Assembly: GCF_037042905.1 (NCBI RefSeq)
Contig: NC_087250.1
Location: forward strand, 18,912,001 to 18,976,000
Source: Lytechinus pictus
Lineage: Eukaryota
DNA: 64,000 nt
Direction of reading: 5' to 3'
In this document: in pieces, positions 25,638 through 37,686 of the stretch
How positions within the stretch are numbered: the first letter of the stretch is position 1
How the letters are laid out: each line of letters opens with the position of its first letter
Position numbers and translations under genes: made by a program
The notes under the pieces: model-generated
Told to the model about the DNA's origin: nothing
Database searches by the model: none
Seen by the model: only the letters and a program-made list of their open reading frames with translations

Positions 25638-28133
25638 TACTGTATCTATTGATATAATTTGTGTATTTTTCACACCCAAATAAAAATAAAATGTTTCCCA
25701 GAAAATCATACCTTCAGAAATATACCTCTTCCCTTCATCATGAATACACATACAGTACAATAATAAACCAATATAATTATTTTCTATTTATGAGCTACAG
25801 TATGAATACCGATAAAGGGGAACCATGAAATTTCCCTTTTCTATACCGCAAAGAATTCATTGAATCGTGTTCACAAATGATACGCAAATAAAACTGCTGG
25901 ACCAACAATGTCATACTCGCTTGTCACACATACATGTATGCGGATCACTAAAATGTTCCAAACAAATAACCTTGGTAAACTAATAATCAAAATGAATATG
26001 GAAATTTATTTGTTTCCTTGTAAACGAAGCTGTGTTTACCCATAAACCAACTTTGTATCAAATTAAAAGACACAAAAACAATAATGAAGAGACTACATTG
26101 TAATCCCACCTCAAAACCAAATTATTAATAAACAAATAAATCTGATTGATAGTCCTTGGTCCTGTAAAACAAAGGATAGTGATTGATCGTACGCTTGATT
26201 TTCACGATTGATTGTACATTGTAGTCAATGCAATCAATCGTAGAAAAATTTTATACGATGATTGCTAAGCTTTGTGTTACGGGCCTCCGATGGCTTTTAA
26301 TCATAACCACATCAATTATAGTCAGTGCCATGTACACATACAATGTACATGTACAAGTTTCATGCAGAAATTCTGCAAGTTCTTCAAATTGCTCATTCCC
26401 ATTTTTATCAAAAATAAAACAACAATTTGGAACAGGTACAGTGTAAATGGGTACTCTGCAACTTCTTAGTCTGCAGGCACAGACCTTAAACTTTGGTTTT
26501 TGCAATTTGCATGGTGCATATTGCAGAGTCTGAATTAGTGAGACTAGCTTCACTTTGCACTGCATCTAACACAGACAGAGAGTTTGGAGTCTAGTCTTCA
26601 TTCTAGACATGGTAGTCTGGTTAAAGTGCAAAATTTGAGTCTGTGCTCGCAGACTAGCATCGTTTCAAAGCAGCTGTCCCCATTGCCCACTGATTTGTCT
26701 AAGATGATGATGAAAAAGAGGATCACCCATGATTCAATAATGTATGGATCATTCTAAATTACATACATTCATGTAAATTTCACTGTTTTTATTTACTCTT
26801 CATTGAAACAAAAAATATAAAGATGGTTGTGGGTTTCCCGAGTGAAAGACGCTCAATCAAACTTTTGGTATGGAGCCTAAAATGACAAGCATACAAACAA
26901 CGCATGAATACATGAATACACAAATATCGTACAAAATACAAATAAATTAATGGGGATTCCAGGCCGGCAGAACCACACACATACAATGAATACATGAATG
27001 AAATGGATTATTTCTCTCAATCCAAAAGTATGACTACATTTTCTGAAAGAATACTATCCAAATTCATGCAATTGTAATCTGGTTCCATTTCTCTACTATA
27101 TCTTTTTCTGAACACAATGAGTCTGTAATAACAAATGTGCAATAACAGTAGTTAAAAGCTACTGAAAACCTTCAATTTGATTGGCTGATAGTAAACTTGG
27201 GACAGAAACTGTGCCTTTGTTATTAAAATGAAAGTCTTTATGGTACGGGATCATTATCATGTTATTCATGGTGATCATCCATAGTGTGTGTTGAAGTGTG
27301 TTCTAGAAAATCTTTCATAAACATGATTTTTGACAACAATGAAGCTAATACGATGACAGTCAGTGTGATGAATATAGCCTTAATAACCGGTCTTCGGGTG
27401 AGGAATTTCTTCTTTTTAAAGGAACAACAACACTGAATGATGCATGCACAGTATGTATATAAAGGGAAAGAGTAGAGAAAGGGAGAAAAAAATCAATATA
27501 TTACCTTTAAACTTAAATTAAATATACATGAATATTAAGTTAACAATATTAAGAAAACAATCAGAAATGAAAGAGCATGCTGCAGTATGAGCATCTATAT
27601 GAGAGCCCCATATAACAAAGAAATTGAGATTTATTCTGATGGATCTGAACTACGAAAATCCACTTAACCGAATATTATGTTTGTGCGAGTCGTTTGTACG
27701 TTTTTCTTATTCTAGTTCTTACATCATCTTTCACACATGTTCAGGGTGCTTCTCATATATTTCCAAGAGGACAGTGTGTACATGTACATTCGCATGTACA
27801 AAGAATTATGACATCCATGGCTTCCCATAGATGATATTAATCAGGGCCCAGTCTTATAAAGAGTTGCGATTGATTTGATCAATCTCAACTATAGAAAGCC
27901 AGCAACGTCAACATCTAAAATGCATTTTTGTTCAAAATATTTCCTAGATATGATGCATATTTACATAAAATCATTGTTTTCTTGACATTTTTGTGAGTTC
28001 GCCTTTGTTTACAAAAGACATTTTGCAAAGTTCCTGTAGAAAAAGTTATGACACTGATGGATTTCCATAAAGTTACGATTGATTGGATCAACCGTAACTC
28101 TTTGTGAAACGCGGCCCTGATCAATCGCATCTA

Positions 28134-28604
28134 CAGAGCTGCCAAGTTGTATTTTGCATTTTCAGTATACTTATCCCCCAAAATCAGTATTTTACCGTGT
28201 GAGATAAATATTTTGTATTTTTCCCCAAAAAAGTGTATTTCATAGTAAAATGCTTGGCGCACTTGCCCATCACGGCGCTCAAGCTGCATGCAAACTAAAA
28301 TGTGCACTGCTCTTGAAGATGAAAAAAAAAACATTGAAACTTGTGTATATCTCACCCTGATTTTTACAAAATGATTGAAAAAAAAACAAGTTACCTGAAA
28401 TTACATTGATCTAATAACCATATTTGTGTACGTTTTATGAAATAGAGACATAAAGAGATGATTTTTCTCAATAAACTTCGATTTGGTAAAAAAAAATTAA
28501 AAAAAAAATACAAAAAACATATTTTTTAAAGAAAAAACGTACTGCCGTATTTTGGTTGCAAAAACGTACTAAATACGGAAAAATCGTACTACTTGGCAGC
28601 TCTG
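28134..28604. mobile_element. MITE with 6-bp TSD
   Basis: TIR CAGAGCTGCCAAGT/ACTTGGCAGCTCTG with TSD CATCTA. Confidence 0.88.
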
Positions 28605-29152
28605 CATCTATGGAATTCCAAAGTCGAGATTGATCAGATCAATCGCAATGCTTTGTTAGATGAAGCCCTCATGTTTCTCCCAATTTGTAAACATGTACAG
28701 TATGGAAAAAGGAACCAGAATTGTCATGCAGTTATTACAATTTAAGCAAGCTCAATCATAGTGATAATTTTGAGTAGGCACAATAACTAATAAGGATGAA
28801 TTATAGACGGAAATGTGTTTCTTCTTTTATCAGGGACGTCAAGACTTCTAAGTCTCATCAAAGAATGCAATGTCAGAACAGTGAAACATAAAATGAAAAT
28901 GTAATATTTTATTCATAGCTCATAGGAGAAAAGAGCTATCGAGCTATAAAGGATACAAGGGTTACAAGGACCATGTATTATGAATGACAAATCAAACGCA
29001 AACACGATGCATTGTTACAATGGGATAGCATTTGACTGATTTTTTTTATCAACGATGGCGCTCGCCAATTTCAAGGCATGCCAACATGCATCTCCTGCTC
29101 AATTTGATCCAGTAGGAATAACTGGTAAACTTGGAATGTTTGCTATCCAAAC

Positions 29153-29546
29153 CAGGGTGACCAGATTTGGAAAGTCGAAATAAAGACATGTCAAGTCAAA
29201 TCAGTCGCGTAGTGATCCAAAACTTTTTCAGAGGGTTAAACATGGCATAAGGGGCAAAAATTTCTAAACAGCTGCAAGCGAACGAAAGATGCGAGTAAAA
29301 ATTTTGACCTATTATTTAGACAAAAATGTTAGACTTCGACATGATAGATAGTCGATATCATATTTCACATTTTTTCCTACTATGCATACGAGAAAAAAAA
29401 TTAATGCTTGAATATTCTCACACAAATGTGTTCAAAGTCCTGAAATATGGGACTAAAGGGCATCCCGGGCAGGGTCATACGGGGCGGGGGACCAATTACT
29501 GAAATACGGGATTGTCCCTTGAAATCCTGGAAGCCTGGTCACCCTG
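29153..29546. mobile_element. hAT-type MITE with 8-bp TSD
   Basis: TIR CAGGGTGACCAG/CTGGTCACCCTG with perfect TSD ATCCAAAC. Confidence 0.9.
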
Positions 29547-29746
29547 ATCCAAACTCCAACTTGAAGCAGCTCAATATGAAGTGATTTCATGGAATTATAC
29601 ATGTATGAGAGCTGGACTCTAAAACATACATGTAATGACTGATCATGAAGCTGAATCCTACGATTGATCATACAACTACAATCAATTCAGAACCAGGATC
29701 AATCGCTTAAGTTGATGTTACAGGTCCCTGTTGCATAAAAGTTACC

Positions 29747-30121
29747 GGTTTATTTTCAAATGGTATACTGCCAATTTGTCTGATTGCCAACTCGTCTACC
29801 ATCAGTTCGTCCACTATCCATTTGGTCTAATTGCCATTTCATCCACACACCATTTTGTCTGATAACCAGTAGCCATTTAGTCCATATACCACTTGGTCTA
29901 ATTGGACTAAGTGTTAATTGGGCGAAATGAATGAAAATAAAATGGATATTAGACCAACTGGTTACGAGACGAAATGGTCATAGACAACTGGTGATTAGAT
30001 GAAGTGATGACTGGACCAAATGGTTGTTAGACGAAGCGTTGATGGACGGAATGGCATTAGACTATTAAAATGAAGGTAGACCATGTGGGGAGTGGACGAG
30101 TTGGCAGTAGACGTATTTACC
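29747..30121. mobile_element. Foldback/MULE-like element built of ~20-bp modules, 9-bp TSD (copies at ~42343-42761, ~47222-47925, ~54200-54569)
   Basis: GG...CC termini with perfect TSD AAAGTTACC. Arms consist of CCA(T/A)TT(C/G)GTC(T/C)A modules in inverted orientation. Confidence 0.85.
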
Positions 30122-30263
30122 AAAGTTACCATTATGGTAACTTTGCCATCCAATGGTATCTTTCATGGAATCCTTAATTTTAATTGGCTGATGAGCCATG
30201 TTACCATGGTAGTTACCATTGGATGGCAAAGTTTTATGATTATAGTAACTTTTGTGCAACAGT

Positions 30264-30575
30264 GGCCCGTATTCTGGAGTCGGGTTTAAGTTAAACTCAG
30301 GTTTAAAAGTTGTGGTTTAAGTATGGGAAGCCAAAAGTATCAAATTTGTTATTCAGTTGTATGTTTCTTATGTTTACTGTGCTCTTTCCTGATTCATCGA
30401 TGGTGAAGCCAATAATCTTTTTATACTTCCTAGACAATTATGAATGATTTGAGAGTCAAATGAGCTGAAGTATGATATCTCTACTGTTAGTGATTTATGT
30501 AACAATTGGCTCGCCATACTTAAACCACAACTTTAATCCTGAGTTTAAGTTAAACCCGACTTCAGAATACGGGCC
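30264..30575. mobile_element. Harbinger-type MITE (TSD AGT); older relatives at ~20422-20716 and ~20750-21073
   Basis: ~60-bp TIR GGCCCGTATTCTG(G/A)AGTCGGGTTTAA... Confidence 0.88.
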
Positions 30576-30648
30576 AGTGTCCTTGATGGTGATACATTGT
30601 GATGTGTAGGTGAAATGTCCTTAGCTGGAAAACTATGGAATCATCTAC

Positions 30649-30690
30649 CTGTACTGTAGTCAAGGTGGCATCCTCTGTTGACCCTTGGAC
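30649..30690 (-). CDS. Probable 42-nt in-frame mini-exon of the NHERF-like gene (VQGSTEDATLTTVQ)
   Basis: ctctcatAG acceptor and CAG|GTAGAT donor. 14 codons, no stop, phase 0/0, in unique sequence between two MITEs. Confidence 0.5.
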
Positions 30691-30718
30691 CTATGAGAGA
30701 TGGACATTCATTGGTTAG

Positions 30719-31328
30719 TTAAAGGTCAAGTCCACTCCTAAAAAAGGTTGATTTGAATACATAGAGAAAAATCAAACTAGCATAACGCTGAAAACTTAAT
30801 CAAAATCGGATGTAAAATAAGAAAGTTATGAATTTGAAAGTTTTGTTTGTTTTTCATAAAACAGTGATATGCACAACTCAGTGACATGCAAATGAGCCAG
30901 TCGATGATGTCCATCACTCACTATTTCTTTTATTTTTAATTATTTGAATTATACAATTTTTCAGTTTTTGCAGATTTTACAATTAGGACCAACTTGACTG
31001 AACCATATAGTATTGTACAATGCTAGCTACACAAGTTCAGGGAGGAATTAATCGTTGTTTCACTTGGCAATGAGGAGAAAATTTTAATATTTCATATTTC
31101 ATATAATAAAATACAAAAGAAATAGTGAGTGGATGACGTCAACAATCTCCTCATTTGCATACCAACCAGGATGTGAATAGAACTGTTTAGTGAAATTAAG
31201 CAAAACTTTAAAGTGTCATAACTTTCTTATTTCACATCCGATTTCAATGAAATTTTCAGTGTTATTCTTTTTGGATTTTTCTCTTTTTATTCAAATCAAC
31301 TTTTTGTTGGGGTGGATTTGTCCTTTAA
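30719..31328. mobile_element. TTAA MITE family A (opposite orientation to 443-1046)
   Basis: TTAA|AGGTCAAGTCCAC ... GTGGATTTGTCCT|TTAA with the same internal sequence. Confidence 0.9.
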
Positions 31329-31715
31329 TGCATTCACTGGCATGCAACTGACATTGTCCTCCGAATATTATTCTCTTCATATTCAGCTTCTTTGTTCATG
31401 GTGAGGTCCGCCGTCAAATAAGCCATGTGTTGAAAGAAGCAGTTCGTTTTTAAATATTGATACTTCACAAACTCTATGCGTAGCTGATGATAAATCTCTT
31501 AAATCCTGGAAAATCAATGTGCAGTCCTGGCTTACCTTTGGGAAGCTTAGTTCCATGTGTTTTATTTGGGAAAATGTATGCATATTTTAAGATAGAGGCA
31601 ATATTGTGATTGATTGTTGATTAATAATAATTCAATTTTTCCAAGTTTCCTCCTAATATTCCAGAGATACATGGCTCACATCGTGTAGACATAGTAGAGA
31701 CATCGTAGAGATCGT

Positions 31716-32080
31716 GGAGGAGCCGTGGTGTAGTGGTTCTGACTCTCGCCTTGTAAACAGAGGGTCGTGTGTTCGAATCCCACCACGGTCTGGCGTCCTT
31801 TGGCAAGGCGTTAATCCACAGTTTGCCACTCTCGACCCAGGTGCTAAATGGGTACCTGGTAGGATGTGAAAGTCATTGTAACCTGGCCAGTACTGTGTGC
31901 GCCTCACCGGCGACTGACTGGAATACTCCCCATGGAGTGGAGGATGTGCACACATTGTGTGCAGGAATGACTGATTGAATCTGATGACCGGGGTATTAAT
32001 ATATCTGTATAGTGCTTTATTTTATAGACACGTCGTTCCGATGTATTAAGCGCTATATAAAAGCGGATTATTATTATTAT
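31716..32080 (+). mobile_element. tRNA-derived SINE, second family (fragments at ~4450-4520 and ~50985-51120 on -)
   Basis: A box TGGTGTAGTGG, B box GTTCGAATCC, (TTA)n tail and flanks AGATCGT/AGATTGT. Confidence 0.87.
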
Positions 32081-32303
32081 AGATTGTTTATCTCTTCATG
32101 TTATTGGGGTCATTATATGTGTGTGGAAGTGTGCGGATCAAATAATAAAGCATTTCATGTCACAAAATCATCTGTTTTTCGATTTTGCTGCTCGAAATTG
32201 AAAGCATTTTGATTGAAAAGCATTTTCTGACTCAACGCATTGAATGTCCATTTCTAATAGGTCCATGGTTGACCAGTTCAAGGAAGCCAAAAATCGCATC
32301 TAT

Positions 32304-33817
32304 CCGGGTTCCCAGCTTTTCAAGAAAACAAAATTCCCTGATTGTTCCCTGATGAAGTTTAAAAATTCCCTGATAATTATTTAAACCCATTCCCACTTTC
32401 GCATGTGTTTCTAAGTTGTTGCAGTGAATTACTTGGATTTTCAGTATAAAAACAATAATGTGAAACTAATTATTATCACAATAACCAGTCATTCAATGGA
32501 TGTTGTTTCAATATTCAACAAAATATAACAGAGTCTGACCAACTATCATGCTTTCGCAGTCAGACCGCAGGTCCCTATGCTAATGAGCAAAAAGGCCAGA
32601 TTCATCCAAATCATCTCGTGGCTGAATCCTTCTCCTTGCAAAATCTCGTAATTCGTGAGATTTTCTTTCTCTAAGAATTTACCTGTTTTAACCTCAAGTT
32701 AAATGAAATATTATTGCACCATCAGATAGAGTAAATGTTACTCTTTCATATTGGTCATTTATTTTATATACAATATTTTGTTAAAAAAGTAAATTTCTGG
32801 CCTAAAAAAGTAAATTTCTGGCCTGAAAATGTGCCTCAAAACTAGATTTTCTTCCTCTGTTTTCTTTTGCAAATTGTGCAAAACTTTTTATTTTGAGCCT
32901 CAATGATATCTATATCACCATAAAGCTGAACTTCTGTACTTTCTCACAATGCCACTCTTGATATGCGGCACCTTTTAATCGGGTCAAGATCACACTTTTC
33001 CCACAAAGGTACAAGACGAGATTTCTGAAATTTTGTAGTTGCATGAAATCCAGAGTTCTGATTGGCTGGATAAGGTTCACAGAACAACAGGCGCAGGGTA
33101 TTTGAGGAGATTACCACATGGGAAGTGTGACCTTCCCATGAACCCAGGCACTGGAACCATTGGAATTTGCCAGTGTGTGGTCTCTTTGACCAATCAGAGT
33201 GCAGTATTCTTGTTTTCAAGCTGCTTTATGTACTTGGCAAATGAAAAGTGTGATCTTGACCCGATTAAACCAATTCTTATTTTAAAACCTATATCATTTT
33301 AAAGCATACATATTCAGCTTTATTATGATCTAAAAATCATTTGGGCTCAAACAAAAATAAAGTGTGAAAATAGCAGCTTTTGTCAGGTGAAAATAATTAT
33401 TTTGTAGCATATTTTAGATCAAAATTTTAACCTATATTACAAAATCTTTGAATAAATTCAAACACATGACCTGAAAGAATGATTCTTCTTCTTTACAATG
33501 ATACCAAATTCATGAAATTCGATGCACAAGTAGAGCAGCAATGACCGAATGAAAAGAGGTGTTTTGGTCCGCATCAAGCTCATTAAATATGCAAAACATC
33601 TCAAATTATGAATATCACTTGGATGAAAGAAGCCACTTTCTTGGGACCTGCCGTCTGACTGTTCGACTTTAGGGCCGATCAAAATTCCATGATTTTTCCC
33701 TCATTTGAGGCATTTTTCCCTGATTTGAGGTATTTCTTGTCAAATTCCCTGATTTTTCCCTGACTGGAAAAAAGTAAAATAATTTTCCCTGATTTCCCTG
33801 ATGGGCTGGGAACCCTG
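32304..33817. mobile_element. hAT-like element with 5-bp TSD, containing a second internal inverted-repeat unit
   Basis: C(C)GGGTTCCCAGC/GCTGGGAACCCTG termini with TSD TCTAT and subterminal TTCCCTGA repeats. Internal inverted pair CAGTCAGACCGCAGGTCCC (32557) / GGGACCTGCCGTCTGACTG (33643). Confidence 0.8.
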
Positions 33818-34323
33818 TCTATTTGCTATCATGAGGACAATGGATTACATGGACTTTAATAAAAGCTTATCATTCTGAGGTGGTGAATTATTGTTTTAGT
33901 GGCCAAAACATGCAGAAGTGTGTGTGTGTGTGTGTGCAGTGCTTTGTAAGGGGCTATATTAAATGTGTATTCGTTTGGATAATGTAGGATTTGTAGGGTT
34001 AGGTCTGAATTAAGATCTTCAAGCTTTGCTCAAAGTCCAGGGGCCTGCTTCATGAAAGGTTTAACTATATAAAACTTGTAACTACCATCATGGTAACAGG
34101 GCTCAGCAGCCAATCACAATCAAGGTTTCTATTGAAGTTACAAGAATGACAAATATACATTTATTGTCTATATGAAATAGGTACCAAAACTTTGAAGCAT
34201 TGGTCACTGACGTAAAAGATACGGAACCATAGAATCTTTCAAGAAATGGTGAATAGATCAAGTTCAGATAGTGCTCTTGATTTCAGCAAACATAAAAGTA
34301 TGAACCAAAGAATGTATACATAC

Positions 34324-34722
34324 CCTGGTAGGTTGATGAGAGGGCTTGGGCTCTGGTTCTGGTGTCGGCTCTCGAACCGGTTCCGGTGTCGGCTCTCGGA
34401 CCGGTTCCGGTGTCGGCTCTCGGACTGGTTCTGGTGTTGGCTCTCGAACAGGCTCAGGCGTTGGCTCTCGAACAGGCTCAGGCGTAGGCTCTCGAACAGG
34501 CTCTGGCGTTGGCTCTCGAACTGGTTCCGGCGTTGGCTCTCTGACCGGTTCAGGTGTCGGTTGGCGCTCTGGCTCCTCCTCTGTGAAAGCAGGGGTGTCT
34601 GTTTCGTCATCAAAGGGTGGGGCAGATTCCACATCAGGAACGGTGGCTGCTTCTAAGATTGGTTCAGGTTCTGGCTCAGGAATGTTGACTTCTGGCTCTT
34701 CATCACGATCTATGGGTGGAGC
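34324..34722 (-). CDS. SLC9A3R1: NHERF-like gene, Pro/Glu-rich exon with EPTPEPVR repeats, phase 0/0
   Basis: gatcAG acceptor and AGG|GTATGT donor. 399 nt, open, phase-compatible with both neighbours. Encodes [19 protein letters not shown]...(EPTPEPVR)n...PSHQPTR. Confidence 0.82.
34350..34570 (-). repeat. Coding 24-bp tandem repeat (EPTPEPVR, about 9 units)
   Basis: In-frame 24-nt units with mostly third-position variation. Confidence 0.93.
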
Positions 34723-34865
34723 CTGATCATCAAGGTCATAAGAAATTCATTGAAAATAAAACTTATTTTTCTTGACACTTTCAAGTTGAAATGCATATGG
34801 TCTGACTCTAATCCCCAGATGTGACATTAATTTTTTTTTAAAGCAACATTGCACTTGACCAAAGG

Positions 34866-35066
34866 GTGACACAACATTTGCTCCTGCGACAATTGTTCCG
34901 GGTTTAATTTTGTCTAGGATATAGGGCTAGGGTTAGGGTTGCAATAGGGTTTTATGATAGGTTAAGAGTAGGGTATAGTGATAAACCCACGGTTGAAGTT
35001 GGTCATTCGATTAGTGTGTAGAATTTAGACTGGAGCGATTGTTGCTGTAGCAAATGTCATGGAATC
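34866..35066. mobile_element. Small MULE-like MITE with internal TAGGGT repeats
   Basis: Inverted arms ACATTTGCTCCTGCGACAATTG / CGATTGTTGCTGTAGCAAATGT, flanked by the imperfect direct repeat ACCAAAG. Confidence 0.65.
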
Positions 35067-35447
35067 AACCAAAGTGCAGTAGATCTATGCAATCCTGGCA
35101 AGAAGAATATCAATTCCTTGAAGTGCTGGCACACTTGGGTGGCAACCAGGCAATTATGAATAGATATGACCCATGAAAATTTCATGATTTTTGCCTGACA
35201 AAATATTGTGACCAACACCAGATGAGAACACAGAATCTGAAGTGTAAAGTAGTTGGCTTTAGGGGAGAATTCCTTGGGTAAAAGCTTGCACACATTCCAA
35301 TGACTTAGAAACAATTTACCAAGGCCTAAATTCAGGCTTTGGCACACACAAAAAAAAGACTATCCTCAATAACTACAGCTTACAAAGAAACTCAAAGGTG
35401 CACAAAAACATCCTTGTGGAACCCCATTTATACTATAATCTACTTAC

Positions 35448-35974
35448 TGGAATGCTTTCTTCCACATTGACCTCTTCTGCCTGGACTACTTCGACTTCTA
35501 CTTCTCTCCTCTCTTCATCTTCTATTTCTTCATTTTCTGATTGCTCCTCTACGACCTCCTCTTCCTCCTCCCGTCTTTGAATCTCAGAATACTGATGCTC
35601 CTCTTCTATCTCCTCTTGTCTATCTGGTGCCGATTCCTCCTGAGCTTCCACATTTACCTCAATGACATCATGGTCACCCATCATATCCTTGGCATTCCCA
35701 TTCATAATGTGCACCTCCCCCTGAACTTCTAGGTGGTCACCGTTTAACCGTGGCGACTCCTGCACGCCCCTTTCCGCCATACTCTCTTTTATTGTGATGC
35801 CATTCCGTCTGCAGTATGCATCAAGTTCTCTATCAACGACGAGTAGGCTGGTGGAGCCGCCGCCGGCCTTGATGCGGGCAACAACCTGTGTGTGTGTTTC
35901 GCGTTCGATGTTGGTGCCATCTACTTCGATGACTCTGTCTCCTGTTTGCAGGCCGGCTAGTTCGGCTGGTGATC
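35448..35974 (-). CDS. SLC9A3R1: NHERF/EBP50-like PDZ scaffold: C-terminal half of a PDZ domain plus Glu-rich linker, phase 1/0
   Basis: cttcAG acceptor and CCA|GTAAGT donor. Encodes [55 protein letters not shown], very similar to NHERF1 PDZ1 ([36 protein letters not shown]), and runs in frame into ORF 35433..35780. The symbol denotes the family, not a specific paralogue. Confidence 0.88.
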
Positions 35975-37236
35975 CTGAAGGACAGAAGATTGAAACAAAG
36001 ATATATTGGAAAGAAGGTAATCATGAGTGTAGAATGTGATTGTGCTTGGCTTCAGACAAGATCCATAGAAAACATGAGACAGACAAAAGAACAGAGATAG
36101 AGGAACGGGGCTCAAATTATTACAGGATTCAAAGGGGCAAGGCCACTTTTCAAAAAGGCCACTTTAATAAAGGAAAAGGGAAAGTGGTGCTCGCTTTAGA
36201 GAGCATCCAAAGCCATTAAAAGAGAGCATCAATAGTAAAATATACTTTCAATGGGACACATTCACTGGATTACCATATGACACCAAGGCCACAGGCAAAA
36301 AGGGCACTTATTTTGGCCTTTGATATAAAAATATTTGGAAGGGCAGCAAGCCTGTTTCTGAGGGCATGGCTTTGGATGACCCTGGATAAATTTGAGGCCT
36401 GGGGTCTGTTTCATGAAACTTTCCTTCACCCTGATTGGCTGATAGTTAATTTGTTATAGAAATCTTGCAAATGTTGACAAGTTTTCATGAAACTGGACCC
36501 TGGGGAGAGAGAAGAGAGAAGATCAAGGGGAGATGATTACAGATACCTGTGGGTCCCATTTCATTTCATATTTAATTTTTAATGAGAATTTCAGCGTCAT
36601 GCTGGTGATGAGATTTTTCTCTAGTTTTGTATCCCTATGTAATTACAGTATAACAATTATACCCCCCCCCCCCATTGACCAGATTCAATATACATTGTAT
36701 GACAAGTTTGGGTGAGGTGCAGTTTTAATTGCTGGCTTTATTAGTGCAATGTCAATAGGGAAATAACCATCAACCAAAGCTGTGTCAATATACATGGACA
36801 GAGTCTACAAGTGATAATTAAAAAAAGGTATAAAGTGTCCAAAAACAGGATTTTCAAAATTATGTAGTACTCTGTAAGGAGCCTGCCAGTTCATTAATAT
36901 GTAAATAAGTTTAAATTTGAGAGGAAAAAAGGCATAAGCACAAATAAAAAGAAAACCACAACTTCAGGAATTTTATTGGAATTCCTTTGCAATCATTGCC
37001 AATAATTAATTTCCAGAATATATTGTATGTTTGTACCGTATACTTGGATAGTCTGTCCTAGAGAATAGAGATTCTTTCAATTTTATCTAAACACACTGTA
37101 GTCGTACAGTATATAAATAGGTCCCCATAAAAACACATCTACATATTGTCGGAAATGATCTGTAGGTGAAAACCTAAACTCTATATGTAGGCCGAGGCCG
37201 ACATACATATACAATGTACATGTACTGTACAACATA

Positions 37237-37686
37237 TACCATGTTTACACTTAATCGGCAATTGGTTCAGAACCAAATGCCGATGCAGAATCGGCATTTG
37301 GATTGCGTTTACACGTTGTTACAGCTCGCAGTTAGGAACCGCGAGACGATGCAAAAACCTGAAATGATACGCATACCTACAATATACGTCATAATAAAGA
37401 CAACGCTGGATCAGTGCGCTTACAATTACGTCACAATGGTAAAGTAATTGAAATGCGCACAAATTGCCGGTGCAGAATCGGCTTTCTGTTTACACGTAAT
37501 AAAAAGCCGATTCTGCATCGGCTCGCGGTTCAGAACCTACTACTTTGGTGGTGCAAATTGCCGGTTCTGAACCGCGAGCCCATTCAAGTTGCTCGCGTTT
37601 ACACGCTATGAAAAAGCCGATGCTGAATCGGCTCGCGGTTCAGAACCGCGAGCTGATTCAAATGCCGATTAAGTGTAAACACGGTA
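37237..37686. mobile_element. Harbinger-type MITE (TSD ATA)
   Basis: TIR TACC(A/G)TGTTTACACTTAATCGGCA with internal GTTTACACG and CGCGGTTCAGAACC repeats. Confidence 0.9.

Noticed and set aside
34246..34726. + strand ORFs (GSGVGSRT and Arg/Trp repeats)
   Set aside because: Antisense shadows of the 24-bp coding repeat. Only the - frame has splice sites and phase continuity.
34920..34980. Interstitial telomere
   Set aside because: Only a few degenerate TAGGGT units, internal to a small MITE.
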